NCBI RefSeq assembly: GCF_009914755.1
Contig: NC_060942.1
Reading direction: 5' to 3' (one strand)
Length of the DNA: 64,000 nucleotides
Origin: the human T2T-CHM13v2.0 reference genome, Homo sapiens
The translations under genes and the position numbers were made by a program. The notes under the pieces are model-generated. The model was given only the letters and a program-made list of their open reading frames with translations. It ran no database searches and had not been told where the DNA came from. Positions within the stretch are counted from its first letter, which is position 1; the number at the start of each line of letters is the position of its first letter. Positions 41,590-53,252 of this stretch are shown piece after piece.

Positions 41590-43938
41590 GTGAGTATCTT
41601 CCGCTTGGAAGCATTTTCTCAGTAACAAAACAATCTGTAGGAGACAATAAGAAAGTAAAAGCATAATTGTTTAGGGTTTTTTTAACCTTCAGAAGGGGTG
41701 ACATAGTTTTCTGTTCTGCCAGAGATATAGAAGGGTGCTACATTTAAATTCGGCATTGTAATATTTCCCCTCTTACAATTTCCAGAGAGTTATCAATAAC
41801 CTAAACCAACCAGTGCCTATCAAGAGCCTGCCTTGCCCAAGGCACATTGCTAGTGCTATACAAAATAGTATTAAAAAACTGCTGCCACCCTTTTAGGACT
41901 CACAGACTAGTTCAGGAGATAAATCATCCTATCTTCTGAACTTATTGTATTTGCACTTAGAGGATACCATGACATTGGAGAGGTCTCTGTCCAGAATTGG
42001 TGTAAACAACATCACATAAGTATTTGGAATTGAAATAAGTACATGTATAAAATCTCATTATAAAGAAATCCAGTTTGGTTGACTTGTTGAATTTGTATGA
42101 ATCTGACCCTCCAAAGACTTATTTGCAAAAGTTTTCACCCAGTTCTGGAGCTTGTCAGAAACCAGCAGCATCAGTAACGTCCCCACTAGACTTTCTGTGA
42201 CCCTGGATCAGCTCAAATTAGTCAACAGAGAAAACCAAAGCTGAGAAACAAAGGCAAAGCTGGGACAGAGCTGCAGAGCCCAACTTGGGAGAAAAAGGAG
42301 AAAAACAAAAGAAATGAAGAAAGTGGCCCATTAAATGACCATGGTTCATGGAGTTATGGGAAATGTGGGCAAAGGCTGACCCAAAAGCTGGGGGAGGGAG
42401 TTTCTGAATGCTAAAAATACTTCAGAAGGGTGATGTTGCTTAATATGAAAAGTACTTCAGACTAGTCTATAAAAATAAACTGGCCATTTTAAAGACTCAG
42501 AGAAGAAACTAAACAGAGGCCTTTCTGGTGTTTGGCTCTCCATCCAAGCAGTGAATAAACAATCAGTAATCATGGAGAATTATCAAGAGGTGTGGTCTGA
42601 GAGTCAGCTATGAAGCAGCAGAGAGTAGGATCAAAACAAAACCATTATCATGGGACTTAACATGGCAGTACGCTGCTGCTTAATATAGTTTGCTTTCTTG
42701 TCCTTTCTTCTGTATTCTAGAATTGTTGGATTTGTTATTCAAAATGGTGAATTAGTTGTCATCTGTTTTGTCTGGTAAATTCATATCTATTTGACTTTTT
42801 ATTATTAAGCATTTATATGGCAGTTAGCTAGAATTTCCTTGTCCTAATTCTAAAATCCAAGACTATTGAGGCCACCCTAATCTGCTAGCCCTGGTATGCT
42901 GAGTAGCAGTACCAGCTACCAACATGTGACTCAGGAGTTAGGGAAGGAAAGTTAACAGAGTCCTGGGCAGACCCATTTAGCCTGGCCCCAAACCTCCAAA
43001 AATAACCAGAACATGTTGTACAGCTATAAATAAACGCAAACAACGACATTTAAGTTCCAACCTAGAAACTTCTTCTTGACCACTTATTTCATTTTAGGGA
43101 ATAATTTAATATTTCTATTGTCTAAACATGTACTTGTGTTTTACCCTGAGACTCTTTTAGTCCTATGATTTAGGTAGTGAGTTTATGTCCAGCCCCATGA
43201 AAAGCTTTGCATAGTCTAGGATGAATAGATGGAGACAGAGTCCCACATTAGGGAATGAGGTCATTTTTATCTATTTATTTGATAGTGGAATTGGATAATT
43301 AAAATGCTTTTTTTTTTTTTTTTTTTTTTTTTCAGATTTAGAGCTAAGGTCAAGAGTTATGGGTTAGTAGCCCTCCTGGCATTGACTAGCTGATATTCTA
43401 AGACTTAATTCTATAAAAATAAGGCATGAATGTGGTATGCATGCATATGTGTATGTGCATGTATGTGCGTATGTGTAACACAAAAGAGGTTAAATTATAA
43501 CCAAATGTCCTTAAGCATTATTTCACTAGAGGGCTCACTCTCCACACAGAAAGTGATCTTGGGTTCTATTTTAAACAAGAATAAAAAGAGCCCTCAGATT
43601 GGGAAAACTTTGTATCCCCTCAAAAGATGTTTGCCATTTTTTAAATTATAGAACATTTAAAGGGCCAACCCATTCCAGTAAACCCTAGGAAAAGATAAAT
43701 GACCAATGATCGCAACTGCCATAAAAAAATTGTGTATGAAAATACCTTGATCATATATCGCTTCAAACCTCCAAAATGTTTCCAAGTTTTTTTTAGGTAT
43801 TACTAAAGAAGACATGAAAGTGACTTGGAGAACTAAGGGGAAATAAAGGTGCCAACGAAACTACAGCTCACACATGAATCCCGCTTGTAATTCTCTTTTA
43901 AGATTTGCTCTAACATGTCATCTGTGGTTTATTTTCAG

Positions 43939-44071
43939 GGTTACGGAGGATGCAGATCCCTATGTGCAGCCTGAAGATGAAAACTATGAAAATGACTCTG
44001 TCCGGCAGCTGGAGAATGAGCTCCAGATGGAGGAATACCTGAAACAGAAGCTGCAAGATGAAGCTTATCAG
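43939..44071 (+). CDS. DTNA: DTNA exon VTEDADPYVQPEDENYENDSVRQLENELQMEEYLKQKLQDEAYQ (tyrosine-phosphorylated tail)
   Basis: Acceptor attttcag, donor gtacag at 44072, 133 nt ending in phase 0; ORF 43874..44143. Confidence 0.93.
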
Positions 44072-44239
44072 GTACAGGGATCCAGGCCCACCCCACCCCA
44101 CCTCTTCTGCCTCAACCCCTTGGTAGCTGGGTCTTTGACATGACTTGCAGAATCAGAGCCTTCTTCCTTCCACCCTCCCTTTTCAAAATACACTGATTTC
44201 ACTCCTTAATCCGTGTCTTTTAGACAGTAAACATTTTAA

Positions 44240-44533
<294 letters not shown>

Positions 44534-45162
44534 ACTCTTATAGCTGTCACTCACCATGTATTCTTTTAAATTCTGCCCTAGAAAGTGATAAACAGCCTTC
44601 TTATATTGGAAAAAAACAAGGTAACTAACAGTCCAGACTCTTTCAGGCCCATTAAGAAAGATGCTTTTTCTCATAATTATTTTTAAATGGATACAAAGAA
44701 CAGGGCACGAGGAAATTGAATAAGCATAAACCCACCACTTCCCTTGAATTATTTGCCCTCAGTCTTCCTCATTGCCCACCTCATGCCAAGTGTAAGTAGG
44801 AGAATGGCAAAATTCCTGGAGAAATGTTGGGGGAACTGCAGGCCTGTGTTCATCAAGGTATGGACGGACAGATTTTCAGATGTACTGGAGTATGTTAGCC
44901 ACCTGAAAATTCACTGAACATGACATATACAATTGGCAATAAATGTAACCAGCGACTCATCCTAAAGGCCATGCATTTCCCCATGGAGGTCGTTCTACTA
45001 CCTTGTTTGTCTTCCTGGTATGTTCCTTTTCCCTTTAATTCACAGGCGTTTACTTGGGGTTCTGGTATTTCAGGGATGTTTGCCTGGTTGAACCTGGGCC
45101 TCAATGGTTATTTTATCCTGTCAGACTTTCTGTCCAGTGGCCAGACAAGTTTTCTGCACATT

Positions 45163-45525
<363 letters not shown>

Positions 45526-46597
45526 TGAAAAAAAAGGGAAGCAGAGAGAAGAAATTATCTCCTATTTCTCATATGTCTATAGATAAAGCCTTGAAATATT
45601 TTTCCAAGAAGATTGTAGCAGGAGGGAAACGGAAGCCCACCAATTCCATCCCAGCAATATAAAAACAAAGTTTTGCCTCTTTGGAATGTTCCATTTGCCT
45701 TTTCAGTTTAACGACCACATTTCAGAAGCAACTAAAATGTTGGTCTAGCCATACCAAAGAAAGAGGGTAAAAGAAAAACATAAGTGACTCTATATGTAGA
45801 GCCGTGCTCCCATGCTTCAGAAACAAATTCGCCTGATTGCAAACCCATGGAGAGTGCAGTTTTCCTTGCGCCTTCTATGGCTCCTCCACAGAAGGAAATC
45901 AGCCTGGAATGAAACTGCCAGGGTGTCTCTGGGAATCCTCAGGGATGGCATTCCTACACATATCTCCTTAGGCTCTGCTGTGTAGAAGGAAAGAAAAATG
46001 TGACTAAATAACCAATGTTCTGGTTCATGCTATTAGAAGCGTCTATTAGGCCTCCCTCTTTGAGCTCGTGTCACCTTCTGTATTTCAGTGGCAGCAGTAA
46101 CTGAAATTCTAGGGGTTCTTTTTTTTCTTTAAGGGAGGCAGGCTTACACCATTCCATATAAAATATTAGATTTTTATTCATTTTAATGAATTAAAAATGT
46201 AACCTTCTATGAGTAAAATGAAGGGAATTTCTACTAATGACTTAAGATTCAACTGGAGTTTTTACCATCGCTGGTAAATCTTAAGCTCCCTCTCCCTCTC
46301 CTTTCTTTTCCGTGCCTCATGACTTCCAAGAAAAGGACAGGGAAGAAGCTGGGAGACTATAACAGGCCTGTGTATCTCCACTCAAAACATACTCCCTGGA
46401 GGAGATGTCAAAGTGGTTTTCCTTGAATGCTCTGTGAGCATACGGTTGTTGGATGGATTGGAACGCTACTCTCACTCAATAGACTCTCTCTCTCTCTGTG
46501 TCTTTGTGCATGGCTTCCCGCCAAATAATTCACCAGCTTGACTGCATCACAGACTTGACGTGTCACCTTTCTCGTTTGTGTCCTTTGTCACCCACAG

Positions 46598-46646
46598 GTC
46601 AGCTTGCAAGGTTGAATGCAATATCCTTTTATCACACTCCTCTCAA
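46598..46646 (+). CDS. DTNA: DTNA 49-nt penultimate exon carrying the alpha-DB1 stop (VSLQG*, TGA 46613-46615)
   Basis: Acceptor tgtcacccacag, GTC AGC TTG CAA GGT TGA, donor gtaagt at 46647. Confidence 0.9.
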
Positions 46647-49498
46647 GTAAGTACCATCTTATTTAGGAGGAATCATGGCCACTGTACACTGAATTCTGAT
46701 AACCTGTAATGCGAATTCACAATCACTTCTCTTAGTCATTTCTTTCTATGTGATAAAATACCCTCCTTAACTGCTGATATCGAAGAGTCGTCTCAGTCTG
46801 TGGAGGGTTTCATTATAAACCAGTGGAGATTTGCCAGACATCCTTGGGAGGTGACTTCTTACTCTATTAGCTAGGAAAATTGGCACAAAGCTTCTAAACC
46901 TAGAGACGTTCCAGTAATCCTCTGTGGCTATGAAACTTACCAATAAGTTTGTCACATCACCAATCCATGACAATATCGGAGTTTGTAGCCGCTCTAGCAC
47001 TTGAAAAGGAAAAGTCAGTACCTCTAGAGATGGGCCAGCTTGTTAGTCATACTATACCTCGGGCTCAAGAGATCAAATGTGTGTGCCTTAACGAGTGAAA
47101 GCAAAATCATGCATTAATAAAGAGAACAAAAGAGCCCAAACAGAGGAAAAATTCTGCAGCCTTATGTTTTTGGAATACCTGATTCAAATCCATTGTGGAA
47201 TTCAGCAGTATATAAATTAATTTAAAATATTATTTTCATGGCATGTGAAACCACTCCAAAGCCCTACCTAAATATGTGGAAAATTCTCAGTAATTTTTTA
47301 ATGCAGAGAGATTAGCACTGGACTGGCAGCATCACTTGACTGTAGTGGTCTGAAGCTTAGGCGCCAGACTCTAATAGACCCATTTCAAATACGGGTTTCA
47401 CCAAATCCTAACAGCAGAACTTTGGGCAAATTATTAAACCCGTATTACCTCAGTTTCCTCTATACAACATATTGCATAATAGCCTCATAGAAGAGGCTGG
47501 TATTATGTATCACCACAGAAGAGGCCGGTATTAAAAACCATATCCTACTCACTGGGATGTAGTTTTTAAAGAGCTTGGCATAGTGGAAGGCACATTATCA
47601 TTTATTATGAACATTCACATATATGCCTGCCCCTATGTTCAGTGCTTTATAGCACTTCAACACCTGGCAGCTGCCATATTGCTTACCTAAGTGTACGGGA
47701 AACACTGGGACCCAGAACTAGCTTGCTTTCTCTTCTACTTTTATAAACAAGGCTAGGATGCAGCTACATGTGATGACTTGGCACACTGTGGGCCACACTG
47801 TTCCGTAAGTCTAGATTTTTTCTCTGGCTCCAGCTAATAGCCATTTAGATGCCTCCATGGTAGTTCAAAGCTAATATACCTCTCAAAGGATTCTGGCTGC
47901 ACTGGCCCAAACATTTGAGCTTTCCCAATCATGGAATCCCATAAGTCTGTACTGCAGTGGACAGTAAATGCTATCAATGTTGGTTGCTATTAATAATTTG
48001 AAAAAGGAATAAATATCTGTTAAGTGACATACTAATTAGTAAAGAATACATGCTAGTGCAAATGCTACTGACATCCTGTCTCAGTCCTCAGGTTAAAATT
48101 AAGCAAGTGAAAATCATGGAGTAATTGCTATGATCATATATATTTTATGAGCGAAGAGGAAGGAGCTCATTGACCACTCTCTATTCTGCCTCTCCTGGAT
48201 TTGAGAGTGCCACCACACATGCTCTCCTGACTCATTACAAGTAGAGTGAAAAAATTCCCAGGAGCTGTTTCTGAAAATATTCACTCCAGTTATAACAAAT
48301 TTAGTCCCAAGGGGCAGGCCTTTTCCTTTAATAGCACTTTCTTTCTCTTAGCTTCAGCAATTTGATCATTGTTGTTCTGCACATTATTTAAACATCAGTA
48401 GCTAGTTCTTAGAAAAATATTTTTGAAAGTCTAATAAAATGTGCTTGCGTTAAACCCAGATAAAAAGTGGAATTTGGTACCTAAAAGCCAAAAATTTCAG
48501 TACTCTAGAAGTTCCTAGGCCATTTTTTAAATCTTTGGTTGCAAATTTGGCAGTGAAAAATTAGACTGTTGTAGTCTTTGCCATTTACTGCATCCTGTAG
48601 CCTACCTAGCTGGAATTCCACAGAACTCTGAACAAGAACCAGCCTGTCATTCAATCAGCCACATAGGCAAATTCATTTAAAACCTGATAGAATGTTGTAA
48701 AAACTAGTGGCTTTTCATTTTTGCAGCTGGTTCTATCCTATTGTACTTTTTCTTAATGTAACCAAGAAATGCAGGTGCATTTTAGGCCAGTTTATTTCAT
48801 TAAAATATTTTTGTTTAGACTTTCTGGCTGTACTGCAAGACCAGAAATTATCCCAAAGTATATGTGTCTCTTATCCAAGGGTTCTGAAGCCAGATTCATC
48901 AGCTTGACATTAGTTAGCCATCCGCCAAGGCAGAGAGCCTTGCATTGGGAAGAGGCAGAAGGTGGACGCCAGAGACATAGAAGATGCAACCTCTGCTCAA
49001 AAAGAGCTTTAGGCTTATTTGAAAATAAGTACACACTTTCAACATACAATATTAAAAAAAGTGAATAGTTTAAAACCTGGTTTATTGGTTTTCAACTAGC
49101 CACTTTTGAAGAAACGGTATACATAATGGCACTCAGCTTAGGGTCCTCCAAGACTCAATTTTAGCCCATTTAGGTATTCAATTTGTCCCTGTTACATCCT
49201 GTGGCCACATGGTACACCACTGTCCTTGGCCACTCACATCCAAGTGGAAATTAGAGGATTGGACCATCCAAAGTAGATTTTTTAAAAACCAACGTGGCAG
49301 CCTAATCATGGGTCACTGGTTTTATCTCTTTGTCCAAAAGACAGCACAAATATTTCTGTTTGTGTTGCTTTTCCCCTCCAGATGCCTCTGGTACCCACTA
49401 AGAAAGAGATCCACATGGAGGACTTCCTGTCCTCTCTTCCAGAAGGTGCAATAGCACAGTGTCCTAGGACTTTCATTCCTGATTGTCGTAGGAAAGGA

Positions 49499-49536
49499 GT
49501 GTGTGTGTGCATGTGTGTGTGTGTGTGCGCGCGCAC
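49499..49536. repeat. (TG)n-(CG)n alternating purine-pyrimidine tract
   Basis: gtgtgtgtgtgcatgtgtgtgtgtgtgtgcgcgcgcac. Confidence 0.9.
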
Positions 49537-51104
49537 TTTCTTCTATATTGGGGAAAGGGGGGATCCTAAGTTTCATAACCCTAATTTAGAAACAATTTGC
49601 ATCTTTAAAAAAAATTACACATTCCTTATTCCCAGGCAAGCTATAGTCAGACAGATGATGAAAGTAACATGAAAACTGGTGATGATGGAGAGCCCTGTGG
49701 CCACACAGAGGAGGAAGACAGCAGCCTGGCAGCAGCCTCACCGAAGAGAGGAACCACCACACCCAGCAGCTCCTGACAGACCCCCACCCCTAAAGATGTG
49801 TCCTGATGACTATAGTGCAGCTAACTTTTTGTTCTCAGATTTGTAGTGCATAGGTGTGTGTTTCAAGAAGGAAAAAAAAAGACTTCTGTTCAAAGTTAAC
49901 TTATCAGCTACATCCTCTGTAACGTGGTTCATCCCTGGTTAAAAAGCAAACAAACACAGGCTGAAAACCCATGCTGCTGTTATACACAATGGCAGTATTA
50001 ACAAGCATTTTAAACCTTTGCACATGATATTGAACCTGTTCAGTTTACAATGACAATATTAATACTGTTTATAGCTAGAAGTTTGATTTCTGAATTCTTT
50101 GAGATTTTAGCAAAACAGTTTATTATACACTGTACATTTTTTTCACAGCAATTGGAAAAAAACAACCACTTGCAATCATTCAATAACCCTGAAGAATTTG
50201 GTTCCTGAGTGTACAAACTCAGAGCCCGGAAGCCAAGAAGGGTCCTTGGCCTGCACGGTCTGTAGTTGACTCCAAGTCTCTGTGAGCAGTGACTTGAACC
50301 AAACACACCAGGAATAATCCATTCTTTGGGGCCTCTTTCCAACTCGAGGTTGTTTTCTTTCAAGATACTCTAATCAGCCATAGAATTTAGTGTAAATATT
50401 TTTTTTTCCAAATAGATATCATATTCAAAAAAGGCAGCATTCAAATTATATAGAATCTAGTTTTTAAAATCAGCACAGATCTTCTTAAAAACTGTGAACT
50501 ATGTTTTGAAATACTCGTTACTAAAGCTGTTTATAAACCACAGGTGCCATAAGATCCCCAAACGGACTAAAGTTATCTCTGCTCTTCCATGGTCTTGTTC
50601 CTCTCGTTTTGGCTTTAGGAAGCATGTCTTTAACAGCACCGCTCGTTCACAAGTTCCCCCATCAAGTTGTTTGGAGGCCTTCAGCTTTAAATGTACAGGC
50701 TTAAAGTGCGCTTGCAAACGTTTGCTCTCCTTTTTTTCTGAATGTTGATTGCCTTAGCTGGCCACCTGGTGTTCTGCATGTAGCCTTCTGTGGTCATGTG
50801 AAAGGAGACAGGCTCTTCTAAGTTGAGTTGGGATTTTTGCACTCAGTGAAAAGCTGAAGTGCAAAAGAGCTATCAAAGACAAGAGGATAAAAGACTGGGA
50901 TAGTCTTTTCCAAGGACCCTCTTTAGAGGGCCCTAAAGACCTCCTTTGGGAATTCTGGGGAAAAAGAAAAAGTAATCTTCTACTTGCTTCAAGATTTGAT
51001 TTTTTTAAAAAAGCCTGCGACCTATTCAATACATTATGCTTAAATTAGCAGTTTCTCTGGAATTCCTGTCTCTCCTTTAAAAGAAAGGAGAGAACATTTT
51101 AGAA

Positions 51105-51291
51105 CAATAGTTCTCAAAGTGTGTTCCCCGGACAAGCAGCATCTGCAACACTTAGGAAGGTCTTCGAAATACTAATTTGTAAGCCCCACCTCAGGCCTAC
51201 TGAATCAGAAGCTCTGGGGGTTGGGTCCAGAAGTCTGTTTTAGTCAACCCTCTAGGTGATTCTGATGCTCGCTAAAGGTTGAGAACTACTG
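51105..51291. mobile_element. MER5A inside the DTNA 3'UTR
   Basis: caatagttctcaaagtgtg...cctactgaatcagaagctctgggg...ggtgattctgatgc...ttgagaactactg. Confidence 0.85.
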
Positions 51292-51310
51292 CTTTAGAAT
51301 GAAGTCGTAT

Positions 51311-51316
51311 AATAAA
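51311..51316 (+). terminator. Candidate proximal poly(A) signal AATAAA in the DTNA 3'UTR
   Basis: Canonical hexamer just after a MER5A copy; usage cannot be shown from sequence. Confidence 0.35.
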
Positions 51317-52169
51317 GTCTCTGAAAAGGCCTTATTCAGAATAAGCAAGAAAGGTTCTGTGATTCACTTTTGCTTCTGGGGCTGGCAAAAACCTTCTCTG
51401 AACCCACACACCAAGTTCGTAGTTGGTAGGTGCCCAGCCAAGTCCTGACATCTTCATGCCCCCTCTGCAGAGGGCGGCTGTACGATGTTCACATGTCTGC
51501 GTTTGGTCAGACATCATCTCCTTGGCTGCCCTTTGAAACCAAATCACTTGCCTTGGGGATAAAGTGCTCAATTGGCATTAGTGAGAAGCCCATCCTATCC
51601 CTTGACATACTTAATCATATATCTCTCCAGAGAACTCACCTGACAAATGTCTCTGAGCACAGGCTGACACCAAAGTGGCACAACTGCACAGTTCTCAGAT
51701 TTCTTTGCACAGATTGATTTTTATTGCGGGTTTTGTTGGGGTGTCTTAATGTTCATCTCTTTTCCACTGCCCATCCTCTGTGAACCCATACCTCTCTAGA
51801 TGGAGCAGGTGGCCACTGGTGCCTCATACTCAGTATTGAAAACCACTACATCCCAGCTACCTATAATGCTGTCAGCTCAAAATCATAGCCAGGTAGTTCT
51901 TGAACTCAGAACTTAAATCCTGCACGTGGCACTCCACCACTGACTGGACCGAGCTGGCATATGTTGTTTCTTTGTGTTTCTACATCAAAATGTTCGTCTA
52001 AGATTTGAACTGTTCTGCTGATAACCTTCCCCGTTGTCATAGCTATTTCATTGCCAACCAACTCCATCACATGGTTGTTGATATCGTCATATAAAGCCAT
52101 TGCAAGGACTCTGGAAACTGCCGCCAATGACCAATTTCTGACTAACCAGCCACCTTTTCTCTCTCTTAG

Positions 52170-52310
52170 CTCCACGTCAGCACTGAGACCAGACTCGAGC
52201 ACCCCTGTCCTGTAAGCGAGACAAAATGGCGTGTGTTATTTTGGGGTTTTGTGTTTTTTGGTGGGTTTCTTTCCTTGGCTCTCCAGATTTACTTTTGGGG
52301 CCTGTTCTAA
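52170..52310 (+). CDS. DTNA: Candidate alternative DTNA terminal coding segment LHVSTETRLEHPCPVSETKWRVLFWGFVFFGGFLSLALQIYFWGLF*
   Basis: Branch point ACTAAC 52141-52146, pyrimidine tract, tag 52167-52169; open in phase 0 matching the 44071 donor; TAA 52308-52310. Confidence 0.6.
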   Translation, partial: LHVSTETRLEHPCPVSETKWRVLFWGFVFFGGFLSLALQIYFWGLF

Positions 52311-53136
52311 GTGCAAACCCAGCAAGTTTCACTTGTCCTGTCCATTAGATACAACTACATCTTGCGGGGGTTGTTTCTTTCTTGTTCCACAATGAATTGC
52401 ACATCCATCTCCATCAGAGCTGATAGCCTGTTAATAAGCACTGGTCTAACACAGCCAACCCTCCTCCACAGCGCCATATTAATGGAGGAGGGGAGGAAGG
52501 TGAAATCTACTGCATGGGATTCAGGAAACAGTTGTGGTTGGTCAGGACGGAAGTTGGGGTAAGTTTGGTTGGTCAGAGGGAGTTGTGCTGGAGATTGTGA
52601 AAAATGGGTTCTTGAATGATCTACTATAAGGCAGGGAAGGTTCATTTGTAAGTAGTAATGTGAACTGAATTGCATTAAGAGTGTGTGGCCTTTGTTGTGA
52701 TATACTATGTATTTTCTTATATGCATGAGCCAAACTGTTGCATCATAATTTAGCACTGATGTCTGCTTTTATTTTGATCATCTTTGTCCACCCTTATTAG
52801 TTCTTGGCTGTTAACCGTAGATAGATCTTGTAAATCCAGCAACCTTTGGTTGCTGCATTCCCCTTGGTTCGATTCCACGCAAGGAGCCACAAGTGAGAAC
52901 TCCACTGTCCTTAGAAGAAAGGGCATTTTTACTTTTGAACCAAAAAGAGAAAAAAAAATCAGAAGTGTTGCATCTTGAGGCGAATTAACTGTAAGACATT
53001 TTTAATTATGACTACTGCAATTTGACACCATTTGAAATAATCAATTCAGAGACACTAAAGATTTCACAATATTCATTGGTATTGTAAAAAAAAAATACTA
53101 TTGTATGGATTTTTGTATTGCTGTTAAGTATTGTTT

Positions 53137-53161
53137 TGTGTGTGTGTGTGTGTGTGTGTGT
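53137..53161. repeat. (TG)n microsatellite near the 3'UTR end
   Basis: About 12 TG units. Confidence 0.9.
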
Positions 53162-53246
53162 TGGAACCTCCTGGGGACATGTTATATTTTGAAGTGATTA
53201 AACTATTTAATTGTGTGTCTATATTTTGGAGTGGAATAATTTCTTC

Positions 53247-53252
53247 ATTAAA
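53247..53252 (+). terminator. Distal poly(A) signal ATTAAA of DTNA
   Basis: ATTAAA, CA about 17 nt downstream, then tcttgggtggtttattcctttgtttc; upstream TGTA motifs. Confidence 0.65.

Noticed and set aside
44072-44143. Intron read-through tail VQGSRPTPPHLFCLNPLVAGSLT*
   Set aside because: No nearby poly(A) signal seen and an Alu follows; a short open frame is expected by chance.
47486-47533. Two near-identical 20-mers (ca(t/c)agaagaggc(t/c)ggtatta) with a short spacer; similar pairs at about 6546 and 19825
   Set aside because: Only two copies each in eukaryotic intron DNA; local duplications, not CRISPR-like arrays.
51906-52202. 98-aa minus-strand ORF overlapping the distal acceptor
   Set aside because: Non-ATG start, antisense to the UTR, no recognisable homology.
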